Notes: generated by a model not told the origin, from the letters alone. Positions 13,721 to 28,000 are shown, counted from the first letter of the stretch. The stretch is DNA of 64,000 bases from Octopus vulgaris (GCA_951406725.2 OX597821.1:16864001-16928000), one strand, 5' to 3'. Translations and numbers: made by a program.

Positions 13721-15697
13721 GACTACAAAAAGGCGTTTGATAGCATCCCCCACACATGGATCCTCGAAACACTAGCCATTAACAAAGTAGCACCAACAAT
13801 CATAAAATTCATAGAGCACTCTATGAATAAATGGCAAACAGTCCTACACCTCCAAACAAAAGAGGGACTCATGAAAACCAAAGACATTCCCATTAGAAGA
13901 GGAATATTCCAGGGAGATACGCTCTCTCCACTCCTTTTCTGCTGGGCACTGTCACCTCTATCTGATATGCTAAATAGAACTGGATGCGGATATAAATGTT
14001 ACGGCAAAACGATCAGCCACCTTTTATATATGGATGACCTAAAACTATACGCTGCAAATGACAAACAGCTGGAAACACTATTAAAGACAGTTCATGGATT
14101 TACCAAAGAAATAGATATGAAATTTGGATTAGAAAAATGCGCCAAAGTAACCATGATAAGAGGAAAACTAGTTAAGAGTAACAACATCACACTAGATGAA
14201 GCAAATGAAATAAAAGAATTAGACCAAAGCCAAACTTACAAATACTTAGGAATCCATGAACTAGATAAGACACAACACACACAAATGAAAGAGAAAATAA
14301 AAAAAAGAATATTATAGACGAGTTAGATCAATACTAAACACAGAGCTCAATGCTAAAAACAAGATAATAGGTATCAACACTTTAGGTGTCCCAGTTATAA
14401 GTTACAGCTACAATATCCTTAACTGGACACGAAATGAACTGACCAAAATAGACAGGAAAACAAGAAAAATAATGACAGGATCTAGGATGCATCACCCAAA
14501 ATCTGACATAGAAAGACTATATATACAACGTATAGAAGGTGGTAGAGGCCTTATACAGCTGGAAAACTACTATAAAATAACCACCATAGGACTGCAAAAA
14601 TACCTACTTCAGAAGGAAGGAAAACTGATCCAGATAGCAGCAAAACACGAGCAAAACAAAAAACTGTTCTCAGTATTTAAGGAAGCTGACAAATACAAAC
14701 AAGAAATCATACCACCTAATAAACACAAAGAAGAAGAAGAAGAAGATGATGAAGAAACAACAAAAGCTATAAAACAAATGAAATCCAAACTAAAAATAGA
14801 ACAGCAACGAGCCATGATAAAACGATGGCAAGAAAAGCCCCTTCATGGTAAATACTGCACTAAACTAAACGCAAAAGAAATAGACAAAGAAAAATCCCAG
14901 CAATGGTTGAGAAGCTCAGGACTCAAAGCAGAAACAGAGGGATTTTTAATTGCAGCACAAGACCAAAGCCTCCCCACCAGAAATTACCAAAAACATGTAA
15001 TGAAAAGAAATATTACAAGTAACTGCAGAATATGTGGAGATGGACAAGAAACAATAAATCATATTATCTCTAGCTGCCCAGTCCTGGCTAAGAAGGAATA
15101 TATTCACAGACATGACAGAGTTGGAACCTACATACATTGGAAGCTATGCCAACATTATGGAATAACAATAGAAAAAAGATGGTATAGGCACACACCAGAA
15201 AAGGTCACAGAAAACGAGAAAGCAACCATACTCTGGGATATGCCGATACACACAGATAGAGAAATTAAGGCCAACAGACCAGATATAGTTGTCAGAGATC
15301 ATGAAGAAAAAAATGCTTTCTAATTGATGTATCAATACCGGCAGATGACAACGTGTCTCTAAAAGAAATGGAGAAACTCTCAAAATACAAAGACCTGGAA
15401 ATAGAGGTAACTAGAATGTGGAACCTGAAAACAGAAACAATTCCTATCATAGTAGGCGCATTAGGCATGATAAAAAAATATTCAGACAAATACATAACAA
15501 AAACACCAGGACTTACAAACACATATAACATACAGAAAATTGCACTACTAGGCACTGCACACATCCTACGCAGAACACTTTCCATACAATAACCATCAGA
15601 GCATCACAACAAATCACAGCACATACCCAAGGCACACAGAGCTGCGCTCGGTAGTGAAGTGAAAGCACGCTATAAAAATAAAAATAAAACTACTGAA
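13721..15697 (+). mobile_element. 5'-truncated R4/Dong-like non-LTR retrotransposon (RT, CCHC zinc knuckle, restriction-like endonuclease), frameshifted
   Basis: DYKKAFDS, GIFQGDTLSPLLF, YMDD, YKYLG, CRICGDGQETINHIISSC, RHD and RPDIVV motifs. Frameshifts lie in A-runs near 14300 and 15310. Flanked by (TAA)n, the known Dong target. Confidence 0.95.
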
Positions 15698-15727
15698 TAA
15701 TAATAATAATAATAATAAAAATAATAA

Positions 15728-15955
15728 GGCGGGCTGGCAGAAACGTTAGCACGCCGGGCGAAATGCGTAGCCGTATTTCGTCTACTGTTACGTTGTGAGT
15801 TCAAATTCCGCCGAGGTCGACTTTGCCTTTCATCCTTTCGGGGTCGATAAATTAAGTACCAGTTACGCACTGGGGTCTATGTAATCGACTTAATCCGTTC
15901 ATCTGCCCTTGTTTGTCCCCTCTATGTTTAGCCCCTTGTAGGCAACAAAGAAATA
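15728..15955 (+). mobile_element. SINE family B (tRNA-derived head, Meta/MESC-like core)
   Basis: Head ggcgggctggcagaaacgttagc..gagttcaaattcc (B box); core gactttgcctttcatcctttcggggtcgataaattaagtacc; multiple copies in the window. Confidence 0.8.
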
Positions 15956-16349
15956 TATAAGTCCGTAATATTCTCTTCGCTCTATTTTCTTCGATACAAA
16001 GGATCTTCCACTAAATATTCCTTATTTCTTTACATATTTCTCTACCTCTCCCACTTCCTCTCGCTCCAATTTCTCTCTCTCCCTCTTTCTGGCATCCTTT
16101 TCAGTTAACCATTTCAACACATAACATAGTTACACGAGGATATCTATATTTTCTAACAACAACATGAATGATGACCATATTCATGATCATGAGGATTTCT
16201 CTTTGTGCCACTGGGTCATAGATGTGCCTGTTGTACCCTTATCATACGGTAGTTATGATGAGTATATTGGATTTCGTATATATTGTATTACTATGATGGC
16301 ATGCGCTGCTCTCTCATTCAATAATCATAATAATAATAATCTTTTCTAC

Positions 16350-16552
16350 TCTAGGCACAAGGCCCGAAATTTTGGGGAGGGATCCAGCCGATTTGATCGA
16401 CTCCAGTACGCAACTGGTACTTAATTTTTCAACACCGAAAGGATAAAAGGCAAACTCGACCTCGGCGGAATTTGAACTCAGAACGAAAAGACAGACGAAA
16501 TGCCGCTAAGCATTTCGCCCGGCTTGCTAACGTTTCAGCCAGCTCACCACCA
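16350..16552 (-). mobile_element. SINE family B
   Basis: Reverse complement of the 15728 copy. Confidence 0.75.
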
Positions 16553-17605
16553 TCTGATAATAATGACACCAACAACAACATCGAACAAGAAGCAAAGGAA
16601 AAAGGGTGGCAAGCTAAAGGAATACGATGCGTGTAGTTAAGACGGTAAGTACTAAGGAGTAAAAGATATGTTGACACAAGAGAAGCTCTACGTCTTATGT
16701 AATATATTTTTCGTCATGGAAAAAACGAGAAAAGAACTGTTTTACTCCTTTATCTATTCACAACACTTTCGTCTCATCTTTTTCCAAGTAGAGTTGTAAG
16801 TTATCAACTCCTTGATGCGTTCTTTGAAATAAAAATGAAGCGCATGCATACACAAGTATATTATAATATTAATAGATTCATACATTTTCTAGACTTCAAT
16901 AAGCTTAGAGGATTCTTTCATAATGTATTTCCCAAAATGTTTCTTTATGTTGTCTGTGCCTTGAGTGAAGACTCATTTTCATAAAGAAACCCATTTATTT
17001 GTTGATGTTGTCGTGTCGTCATCGTCGCTTTTGTTGTTATTGTTTTTATAACTTTTTACATTATATCATTTCACAATCATTGTACATGATAAAAACGTCA
17101 AAACATTGTAACTTTGAAAGTCAAATACAATCTAAAGTAAGATTTTATAACTGTACAAAGAAAGAAAGAACATAAAGACATAAAGACACAGCACAGTTTC
17201 TATGATTTTGCCGTAGTATTCACATTTAGTAGGTCACGTTTGCAAAGCAACGAACAAAATATTTGTAATGTAATCCATCATGTTCAAGTTAATTCAATTG
17301 AAATGGAACAAACGACATCTTATTCAAAATCTGTCTAAAACACCTATAACTATTCCGTTCTTTAAATCAATTTTGTTTACCTCTCTCCAATACTGAAATT
17401 CTGATATCTTCTTTCCGTTTCACTGAAAAGAAAAATATCCCACAGATGATTATGTTTCCATTGTATACCTGTGTTCTGTGCATCATTGTCTTCTCCGCCT
17501 AGCTTTTTAATGTATAAGACTACACAAGCACACTCATACAAACACACATACATCATACATACATGCATATATATAGATACACATTGATACACATATATAT
17601 ATAGA

Positions 17606-17689
<84 letters not shown>

Positions 17690-18656
17690 CAATTATGCCT
17701 CTTAATCATTTCTATATTGAACGTTTTTCGGCAGTATAAAGCAGTATATTTGATACTTAAAGTTACTCAACTTACTTACTAACGTCTGCACAATAGTTTG
17801 GAGACATGTTATTTCCCAAACGTATATTGAAATACAGTATGCCTCTCTGTGTGAAAAGATTTTGTTTCTGCACTGTTTGATATAAATACTACGTGATAGT
17901 TATTTTAATTAGGTTGTCCTGTAGTGTAATCTGTTTACTAATAGTCGTTTGCTTTGTGTCAACATTACCACTGGGTTATGCATTCGGAATGATCTCAGTG
18001 TCGCAGCCACTGAACAGTTAAGTACTTCATATAAATACTGCATATATATATATATGTAAGAAATAGATATAAAGTAAAGAAACAGATATAAATACGTGCA
18101 TATATATATATATATATATGATGGTTGTCTATTCCTTATGCAGAGCTTGACTACCTCGTGCACTTATATCTTAGATCCATCACGGCGTCTGATGTCGCTG
18201 CTTAAACCAGACGATGTAGCTCTTGTGTGCTATTGGTAACATGCAATCCACTACAACTTGCTGCATGGTCGGTTCGTTGGCGACTGAATTGGCAATCCCA
18301 CCAGGCTTCCTTCGTGAGAAGAGTGATTATTGGACACCCTGCGGGGCAAAAGATGAAACCTGTTAAAGGTCAGACGAACTCATTAGTAGTCAACGGCCAT
18401 CCAACAAATATGTGTAAATATGTATATATCGTTTTATATATTCTTATATGTATATATATTTACATCCTATTTTATTTATATTTAAATCTTATTTTATTTA
18501 TATTTTAAAATTACATATCTTTTACATATTTTTTATTCATTTATTTTTGTTTGTAATGTATGAACTGCTCCACGTTGGATGCTGGAATGATATTAAACCA
18601 CACTGTGTAGCGTTGGGTGTCGGTTTAATGTCTACCTAATGGGCAGGTAGAAGTAG

Positions 18657-18704
<48 letters not shown>

Positions 18705-18721
18705 TTATACAGAAATATATA

Positions 18722-18758
<37 letters not shown>

Positions 18759-18907
18759 GGGGAGAATTAATTAAACTCAGTTGAATTAGGAGAGAGAGTT
18801 ATTTCAAAATGATGTAACGCTTGCATTGATTGATTAAATGGAGCCGTTTCAAACGAGCCATACTGCAGTAATACCTGGACGTTCTTGTTACGTATTTGCT
18901 CTTAATG

Positions 18908-18939
<32 letters not shown>

Positions 18940-19030
18940 TACATATAAATATAAATATATGTATATGTATGTTTGTACATGTATATATGTATATATTTAT
19001 ATCATATAAGTGTGTATATATATATATATA

Positions 19031-20710
19031 AACTTAGATAAACTTAGATATGTTTCGACCAAAGATTGGTCCAGGCCATGTCTAACTTAATAGCACCACC
19101 TGATAGGATTATTCGAATCCTGTTTAAGTCAAGTTTTGTTTAAGTCAAGTTTTGTTCAAGTAGTGAGTTCTTGTTGGGTGAGTTGTATCCAATTATGGGT
19201 GGCTTATCTGGTATTCTTTGAAGGAATCTATCCAGACTCTGTTTAAAGTTGATGGGATCCTTTTCCTCTTTGATCTCCCTCGGGACAATGTTAAATAGGG
19301 CAGGCCTGTTGAGGAAAAGAAATTATGTTGCAGTGTACATGTATGTTGTGATCTTGAATTGTGCAGAGGACGTATAGCCCGTGGTCCAAGTCTTGGATGA
19401 ACCTTGAAGCTAATGTTTAGGTCGTTTGGGCAAAGTTGGCGGTATATTTTCCACATCGTACAAATGATGTACCGCTCACGGCGACGCTGGAGGGAGTAAA
19501 GTTTCAAGGCTTTAAGGCGATCCCAATAATCGAGAGAAGCCATGCCTTCAATTCGTTTAGTGAGTGCCCTCTGGGGTGACTCAATTCTGGAGATATTTTG
19601 TCTTGTGTGAGGAGACTACAGTGGGCAGCAGTATTCAAGGTGTGGCCGTACAAAGGAGGAAAAAAGTGGTATGATGACACCTTGTTCTCTGGACCGAAAG
19701 TTCTTAAGATCCAGGAACTCATCCTACGAGCTATATCGACCTTCTTGTTGATGTGTGTACTCCAACTGAGATCGTCATCAACAATTACACCCAGGTCTCT
19801 GATATTGTTAGAGGCTGTGAGCGGTTCCCCTGAAGAGAGTATGGTTGTTTTAGTGAGGAATTTCTTCCAAAATGCATCAGCTCAAATTTTCCCTCATTCA
19901 GTTGCATTTTGTTTCTGTCTGCCCGTTGACTCACAGCATATAGATCAGACTGGAGTTGAGTTCGGTCTGCTTCTTCATTGACGATTTGCTGGAGCTTAGT
20001 GTCATCAGCAAATATTTTCACTTTGCAGTAATGTACGACCCTGGAAAGGTCGTTTATGTAAATTATGAAGAGTAGCGGACCCAAAACAGTTCCCTGGGGA
20101 ACACCGCTGGTGACTTTTGCTGGGTTTGAGTGGACTCCATCAACTACAACATGTTGTGTTCTATTCGCCAGGAAATACTTCATCCAGTGTAGAACTTTTC
20201 CACGGATTCCAACATTTGCCAATTTTGAGAGTAGGATATTATGGTCTACCCTGTCGAACGCTTTACTGAAGTCAAGATATATGACGTCAGAGTTCGAACC
20301 TGTTCCCAAGGCTTTGAGTACATCTTTAATGTGGTGTAAGAGCTGTGTTAGACAGTCCCTGCCGCAGCGAAAGCCATGCTGATTTGCATTTAGGAGTTTG
20401 TGGGTCTCCAGGAAGTCAGCTATCCTTGATCTTAACACTCTTTCAAACACTTTAATGATGTGGGAGGTGAGTGAGATTGAGCGATAGTTGACTGCGAGAG
20501 ATCTGTTTCCCTGTTTGAAAACCGGGATGACCGACTGGGATAGAAACTGTTTCGGTAAATAACCTGCGTCTAACGAATTTCTCCAGAGGTTGGTCAGAGG
20601 GACTGCAAGTTGGTATCTACATTCCTTCAGGAGACTAGCGGGAAATCTATCAGGGCCTACAGCAGAGTAATGTTTGACCTCATTTATTGCTGCTACGATG
20701 TCAGTGGCAG
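19031..20710 (-). mobile_element. 5'-truncated CR1-like LINE (RT and C-terminus), frameshifted
   Basis: GPD, YRSISLTS, NQHGFR, YLDFSKAFD, GVPQGTVLGPLLFIIYIND, FADDTKL and YWDRLKALKLYSLQRRRERY. The 3' end has a hairpin and a tandem TATCTAAGTT tail. Confidence 0.95.
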
Positions 20711-23091
20711 TATGTATATATATATATATATATACATACATATACATATATGTATATGCATGTTTGTACATGTATATATGTATTTTATTTATATCATATA
20801 AGTGTATATATATATATATAGGTATATAGGTATGTATGTATGTATGAATGTATGTATTAATGTTTTCGGATGTATTATGGAAGACATACACCAGCAGATA
20901 CAACTATAATTTTGCTGCGAGCAGATTCACTGTTCGAACGGATCCAGTGATCCATTTTACTTGGAGAGTTAATATGAAATGTGTTTTAGAGAATATAAGA
21001 AACATGAAAGTGCTAAGCCTGACAATAACGCAATTCTATGGTACAAAACGAAAGCTGAAAATATCAGTAACCAGAGAAAGAATAACAACATAAACAGCAA
21101 TGGTAGAAACAAGACCAACTGCTGTGATAGCAATCGTAAAAACGATGCAGAAATAAATAATGCAAAGAAATCTAAAATTGATGTACATGTTACCATGGCT
21201 AAGACGAACAACAAACATTGTTGAGAATACCTGCGAATATTTAAAAGAAATGTGTAACGCAATTACTATTATCAAGAGCAGTAACAAGAACAATATCAAT
21301 AACAACAGCGGCAGAACAGACAGCAAATAACACATCAATAACAGTGACAAAAAGAAAATTTCAGATTAAAATATCAATAACAGTGGTGGTGCCCCAGCAT
21401 GGCCGCGGCCTTCGGGCTAAAACATTTTTGAGGATTTAACTAACTATGAGAAGAATAATAAAAACAAGAGATACACAAGTGACTGTAGCACATTTGCAAG
21501 AGTTACCAGCACCGTGGTTTAGCACTGCCATACAAAAGTGAATATGTTCTGAGGTGATCGTAATTCCAGAAGACGAATTAAATTTTTCATTACGAACAAT
21601 TTCATAAAAAAAATTATGTAAAGCGATTTTTTGCCTCAGGAAGTAGAATGTGTGTTAGAATGCATATGGTACCACAGTTATGCTTCACGTGTGAGTGGAA
21701 ACTTTATTCCGAAGTGAGGAGGAAAAAAGTCTATATTTTGGGGGAATTTCGCTAACCTAATTCCAAAAATATTTACAATCGCTCCACCAAAATTCCAAAG
21801 TGTTGCTAAATTGACCCCGGTAGATTTTGATCACGACAGTGTAATAACCGTGGGAAGGTGATGGAGTTTCCGTCTTCCTCACACGTAAAATGGCCGGGAA
21901 CTTAAGTGGTGATTCAGATGTTAATGACACCCAAAAATACAGTAAAATTTCTGAATCAGTTCAATACTGAATGTATATAATGAATTAAAACATCAGAGAA
22001 GTGCAAACAAATATGCTTCAGTTGATGTTGTACGAATTAATCAGCCCTTGGCTATGAATCGAAATCAACAATAATCGAAATATTTAACATAAAACAATGA
22101 ATGAAAAACGTGCGAATTTATGCATCAAAATTGAAGAAAGAACGACATAATTTTCGAGGGTTTCTTCGAGTTCGATTCTATTTTCCGTCCGTCACAGGCT
22201 ATTGAAACGAGAACCAGTCACCGTGTTAATATAATCCATTGTTGTGTCCAGCACACAAAATATTTAGCCTTGTGTATATGTTAGATATCATTACTATATC
22301 ATTTGTATTGGTGGCAGTCGTTATTTCGGCATTAACGTATAATTTAATTGTGTAAATGAAGATAGACACCAGAGAGTAACAATATTCCACAGTATTAACA
22401 CTGCCAAGAGAGAAGTAATACGAAATGCATTGCAGCTAATGAAAGATAACAGCTGCCTTCGGTGTGTGTGGGTGGGGGGTTCATGGTACAAAGATTGTTT
22501 ATAGTCATTAGAAGGGCTAGACTAATTATAGCTGATAAGAAACACGCAAAATAAGTCAAATCTCTTGGGTTATTTTCTTCTAACATTGCGTTTATCAGAC
22601 ACTTGTAAACTACATTGAGAAGCTAATGATAAAACAGCAATGACCTAAATAAAATTCACGGAATTACTTTTATTGATACGTAATCGCAAAGACTAAGGTA
22701 CACATAAATACATGCATATATACATGTGCATGCTCACACACATGCTCAAACACACACGCTCACACACACACGCGCGCGTATAAGCTTCGATATTTCCTAT
22801 TTCTTATTGGCTTTGTGTAGTATTTCGCAGGGAGTCGGAAAAGTATTTGCAGGAGCAAAAATATTCCGTGTTACAGGAAAACATAGATGATAATTGGTGA
22901 GAGGGAAAATTGTAATTGAATTGTGTATAAGTGTTAGTAAAAGGTAGAGAAACATTATTTTGTCATGCTAAAGTGTACTATCTTACCTTGTTTTCTGCAA
23001 TCTCCCTGTCTCTGAATGCTAAAACATTCACTTTCACTCATCACCACTCATTATACACGCATGCATCTACATACAGGTATATCTATAAATA

Positions 23092-23418
23092 TGGATGTGT
23101 GGTAAAAATCTCGCTTCCCAACCACATGGTTCCGGGTTCAATCCCACTGCGTGGCACCTTGGGGATTTCTTACACTATAGCATCAGGCCGAAAAAACCTT
23201 GTTAGAGGATTTTGAAGACAGAAACGGAAAGAAGATCGTGGTATATATTTACACATATGTATATCCCTGTGTGTGTGTAACAAAAGAGAACGATACAACA
23301 AGTATTAGACTTGACAAGTAAGTCATAGTGTCTATTTGTTCAACTATAATCCTCTAACCGATGCTCCAGCATGGCCACAAATGACTGAAAGAAATAAAGA
23401 ATAGAAGAATAAAAGAAT
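23092..23418 (+). mobile_element. SINE family A (internally deleted)
   Basis: Head gtgtggtaa..ccaaccacatggttccgggttcaatcccactgcgtggcacc and tail gctccagcatggcc..gactgaaa. Confidence 0.75.
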
Positions 23419-23419
23419 A

Positions 23420-24431
23420 TGCAGACGGCAATGATACACCGGTCGCGCGCCATTTCCGCTCTACGAGTCATTCATTGCAACACCTGTCCGTGTTCGGATT
23501 GTCTTCGCACAGCGGCCGTCAGGACTTCCGTTTGAGCCGTGAACAGGGATTAATCTTCTCTCTTCGCTCCTTTGCGCCACATGAGCTCAACTCTCCTCCC
23601 CTCTTCATCTAACCTCTCTCCCCCTCACACCTATTTCCTTCCGTCACCTTTCCTCTCTTTCTCCGACTCATACTTCTTTTCATTTCTACTCTTTTCTGTT
23701 CTCTTCCCTCCTACCCACCTTCCCCCTTCTCTTTTCATCGTCAACCCTCCCTCGTAACCCCACCCACCCCTATACAATCCATCTCCACCTTCACTATCCA
23801 TCCCATCCCAACCCAACCCATCCCTTACACTCACCCACACGTACTCCACCCTCAGCCTACACACACATACCCCACCTCTACCTCCGCCCTCAGCCTAACC
23901 CACACCCAACTCTTGCTTTCACCACTCTCGCGTCCCCCACCTCCTAACACCTTCACACCACATCGCACACCACTACACTATACACTACCATATCACACAA
24001 CTCATCACATCACAACACACCACCACCCACACACCACCACCCACACACCAGCACTGACCCCTTCCCAGCCCCCCATCCACACATACCCACACGCACACGT
24101 CAAGGTCACCAGCCCTCCTACATACGCACATACATACTCTCTTATACACACTCACGCGCACCTTCGTTTTGGGATCACTACTACTTTATTATCTCCCCTT
24201 CTTCCTAGCTCTCCTGTGTGACCCCTCGGTTCGACATACGCCATGATAGATCACTAGCCACAACACATGTTTTACTTTCTCTCCTTGCTTCTTTCTGTAT
24301 TCCTTTCTGTGGAAGAACGTAAGCTCGAAATATTAAAGACGTTTTCACTTCCCGAGCATTAAACTAATACATATGTTTATTGTCTACACCACCTGTCTTC
24401 GTCTTTTTTTTTGTGTGAATTCTCCCCAATA

Positions 24432-24432
<1 letters not shown>
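23420..24432 (+). mobile_element. Penelope-like element 3' fragment (GIY-YIG C-terminus, CT/CA-rich UTR, terminal repeat)
   Basis: Translation DTPVARHFRSTSHSLQHLSVFGL..RLSREQGLIFSLRSFAPHELN matches PLE endonuclease C-termini. The terminal segment has a decayed HHR-like GGAAGA..GCTCGAAA. Confidence 0.7.
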
Positions 24433-24464
<32 letters not shown>

Positions 24465-24509
24465 CATTATTATTATTATTATTATTATTATCATCATCAT
24501 CACCATTAC

Positions 24510-24560
<51 letters not shown>

Positions 24561-24583
24561 CATCATCATCATCATCATCATCA

Positions 24584-24614
<31 letters not shown>

Positions 24615-24631
24615 CATCATCATCATCATCA

Positions 24632-24680
<49 letters not shown>

Positions 24681-24742
24681 CATTATTATTATTATTATTA
24701 TTATCATCATCATCACCATTACTATTATTATTATTATTATTA

Positions 24743-24778
<36 letters not shown>
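24431..24778. repeat. (ATT/ATC)n microsatellite
   Basis: Seen directly. Confidence 0.95.
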
Positions 24779-24779
<1 letters not shown>

Positions 24780-25426
24780 ATATTCAGGGTACGTCAGGTT
24801 TTTGCGGTCACTTGTATGGATTTTGAAAAGACGTATAGCCCACAAAAGAAAAGCTGCACTGGAAAACAAATTGGTTAATCCATCATCGGACTGTTATGCA
24901 TTAAGTTAATCTTCACTTTGTATATTGTCAGTTGTGATATAATTTTGACTTGGTAATTAGGCTGTAGCGTGGGTTTTGATGGAGAGGTGCTGCAGTGAAG
25001 TTTTTATTGATTAAATCTGGGGTCGCGTTTTTGCTGAGAATTTATACATGTGCGTATCTTTAGGATTGTCACCTTCATGTCATGGGGTAGATTTTTAGCT
25101 GTTCACAAAAAGAAAGTAGGTTGGTATAGAAACATTGTATTCTGTGGGCATGTTATTACTTTTAATTATTTTAGGTGTAATTGGATTTAATATTTTGTCT
25201 TGGCAAAGTAACGCTCGAAATTCAAAGTTCAGTTCAGTTCTTAAAAATACCTTAAATATGGATGTCTAATTTTTTTTTTTTTGTAATGGAATTTTTAAGG
25301 GTTAACGGAAGAATGTAGGTAAGTGGCATGGTTTTACTGTTCAGTAAGTTTCTTTATTTGCTGTAGATGCTATTTAGAGTATCTCTTGTTTGTACACGCA
25401 TATACATATGGTACAGGATGTATTGT

Positions 25427-25469
<43 letters not shown>

Positions 25470-25504
25470 GTACATGTGTGTGTGAATGTGTATTTTTTTC
25501 CTTC

Positions 25505-25787
25505 TCGAGCCATCCCTGGCTCATTAGAGCCAGTTTCCCGGTTTCCTTGGCGTATAGGTTCCCCACCTGGACGGGACGCCGGTCCGTCGAAGGTGAGCTA
25601 CAAGATGCAGGAGGAAAGAGTGAGAGAAAGTTGTGGCGAAAGAGTTAGCAGAAGCTAGCCATTACCTCCTGCCGGAGCCGCGTGGAGCTTAGGTGTTTTC
25701 GCTCATGAATACACACATCGCCCGGTCTGAGATTCGAACCCGAGATCCCTCGACCGCGAGTCCGCTGCTCTAACCATGTACCTCCAC
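25505..25787 (-). mobile_element. tRNA(Arg-like)-derived SINE family C
   Basis: Minus strand has A box tggttagagcagcgg, anticodon-like ctcgcg and B box ggttcgaatctc; same head as 53761. Confidence 0.75.
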
Positions 25788-26459
25788 GAATGTATATTAA
25801 AGTAAAATAATAAGTAGATGCATATAATAATGGAAGGTAAGAAAGCTACTACCGATGCATGGAACCCTTCATCTACATGCAGACCCTGATCGCTTACACA
25901 TGAAGAAACAAATTGGAGGAAAGTACTGATAAGTATGGAAGACTGCGTGCATATGGAACCTGCTGAGGTGTCTATCCAAAACAGAATAAATTAGCTTACC
26001 TTATAATCAGTTCAAATATACCTTTAAATTTGATTCAATTGACTCATAAGCACTGTCGACTATAAGTACAGAGGAATCACAGCGAGTCGCCTTCATTCCG
26101 TATTCGCCAAATTAGCAGCTTTGTATAATTCAATTTACACCCTACCGTGCTAAGCAAAAGAAGAATACACGTCAATGTGGTCAAAATACAGTTGGCTATA
26201 ATAAAATGTTGAGCTGGACATTAAGCAACAACATTATTCGTTAGAAACAAAGCCGTTGAAAAAAGGCAATATATCTATATATAGCAGCATTGTAGTTTTA
26301 AAAAACATCGGATATGTTTTGAGACTACAAAGATAAATGAAAACAAAACACGATATTCCATCCAAAACTAATGGTACCTTAAAAATAATAATAATAATAA
26401 GCAACTAACTAGATTATGGTTAGGAGATATCAGTTTACTCAAAGTAACAGCTCTTAGGT

Positions 26460-26870
26460 TCCTCCACAGAATCAAGATGGCTCCGGAATCTAGTGCATGG
26501 ATTCCTCACTATGCCCCTGGGAAGATTTTCGAACTGCTTAATCTTTGCCACTAGCTCAGCCTTTGTGTGGCACGCAGAGGACATAGTCTCTCTCTTGGTG
26601 GGGTGTCTTTCTCGGTTGGCGTATTTCTCAGCTGTGTTCTACACATAGTAATCTCTGTGATTACTATTGGGGAGAATTAGGAAGCCAGAAACTGGAACTA
26701 GTGAAGTCGTACAAATTCTCTCATAACCATTTCCGACTCTTTCCGGAGATATGGCAAGCATCCGAATATTGCTGCCATATATGGCCTCACTGCAGCAAAT
26801 TTTCCAGTCAGGGATTGACACAGTTGATAAAGCCCTTTAGATTGAGTCTAACGCTTGGCTCGTCGGTTAT
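26460..26870 (-). mobile_element. Tc1/mariner relic, probably DD37D (maT-like)
   Basis: Minus translation HIWQQYSDACHISGKSRKWL*ENLYDFTSSSFWLPNSP..DYYV and KAELVAKIK..CTRFRSHL. Confidence 0.7.
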
Positions 26871-27360
26871 TGGTTGCACTCCAACATGCTGACACACTCA
26901 GAATGCCTGTACTGTCTCTCTCTGCCGGTCACAGCTTTGTATCGTTCGTTGCAGCTGGCCATGTGGCTTCGTACTGTCTTTAGAGTGTTCAGAGAGCATT
27001 GAATAACAGTCATGATGTCAGCATTTAAATACCCGGCGTGTATAAAAAAACCAGATAAATGTTTTTGTAATATTCAGATGTTTTCCCTGTTCAAATTGTC
27101 AGCTAATTTTTTTCTGAACTACAGTTTCAATCGTTATCCTCTCAAACGCCGTTGACTCTTCAACAATACATGAAGCTGTTTCTGAAAAAAAGGAGGCATC
27201 AGAAATCGTCAAATTCCACCCAAACATTTATCTCTTACATTCTGCAGGTTTGTACTATAAGCTATACCAACTGCAAGTAAGAACACGTGTACCAAATTTA
27301 AACAATATAACCAGTATCAAAACTTTAAAGAACAAAATTTAAACAACATAACCAGTATAC

Positions 27361-27420
<60 letters not shown>

Positions 27421-28000
27421 TTTACAATTATATATATATTAAACAAATGCAACGCTCTTCTATGAATTTCTAACAGTTTCTAAGGATGGTAACTAAATAC
27501 TGAACTGTAATTATGAGTGGCGTTTGGTCGCTGCATAGCAATGAACACCATTCTCAATGACTAACACTAACAGCATGAATGATGTATTCTTCACGCATAA
27601 TTTATAACTAAAGACCAATTACCTTCTAGTTGTTTATGACGGCCAAGGTTGTTTTCAGAATCAAAATATAAATGTTACTTGAAGTAAAATCAAAATGTCT
27701 AATAAGAATTAAAAAACAAAAGAAAAAAAAAACAAAGCTAGTCACATCTTTTAAGAAGCAGATACTGTAAAGAGAACAGCATCAAATGTATTCCATTCAA
27801 CATAACCTTTCATTCACTTCATCTAGAATTATAGAAGCCATCGTTTCTCTTCATAGTAAATCTTCACATATACGGTACTCATATATATATATATATATAT
27901 ACATACTTGTGTGCGCGTGTGTGTATGTAGTTATGCAGAAATGTATGCGTATGTATATGTATAGTATACACATGTAAGTACTCGCATATATGTGTGTATA

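Noticed and set aside
18121-18660. GC-richer insert between (TA)n tracts
   Set aside because: Probably a repeat fragment, but no diagnostic ORF, termini or ribozyme core could be identified.
24780-25330. Possible additional PLE relic on the minus strand
   Set aside because: Similarity to the PLE linker region is too weak to support without a profile search.
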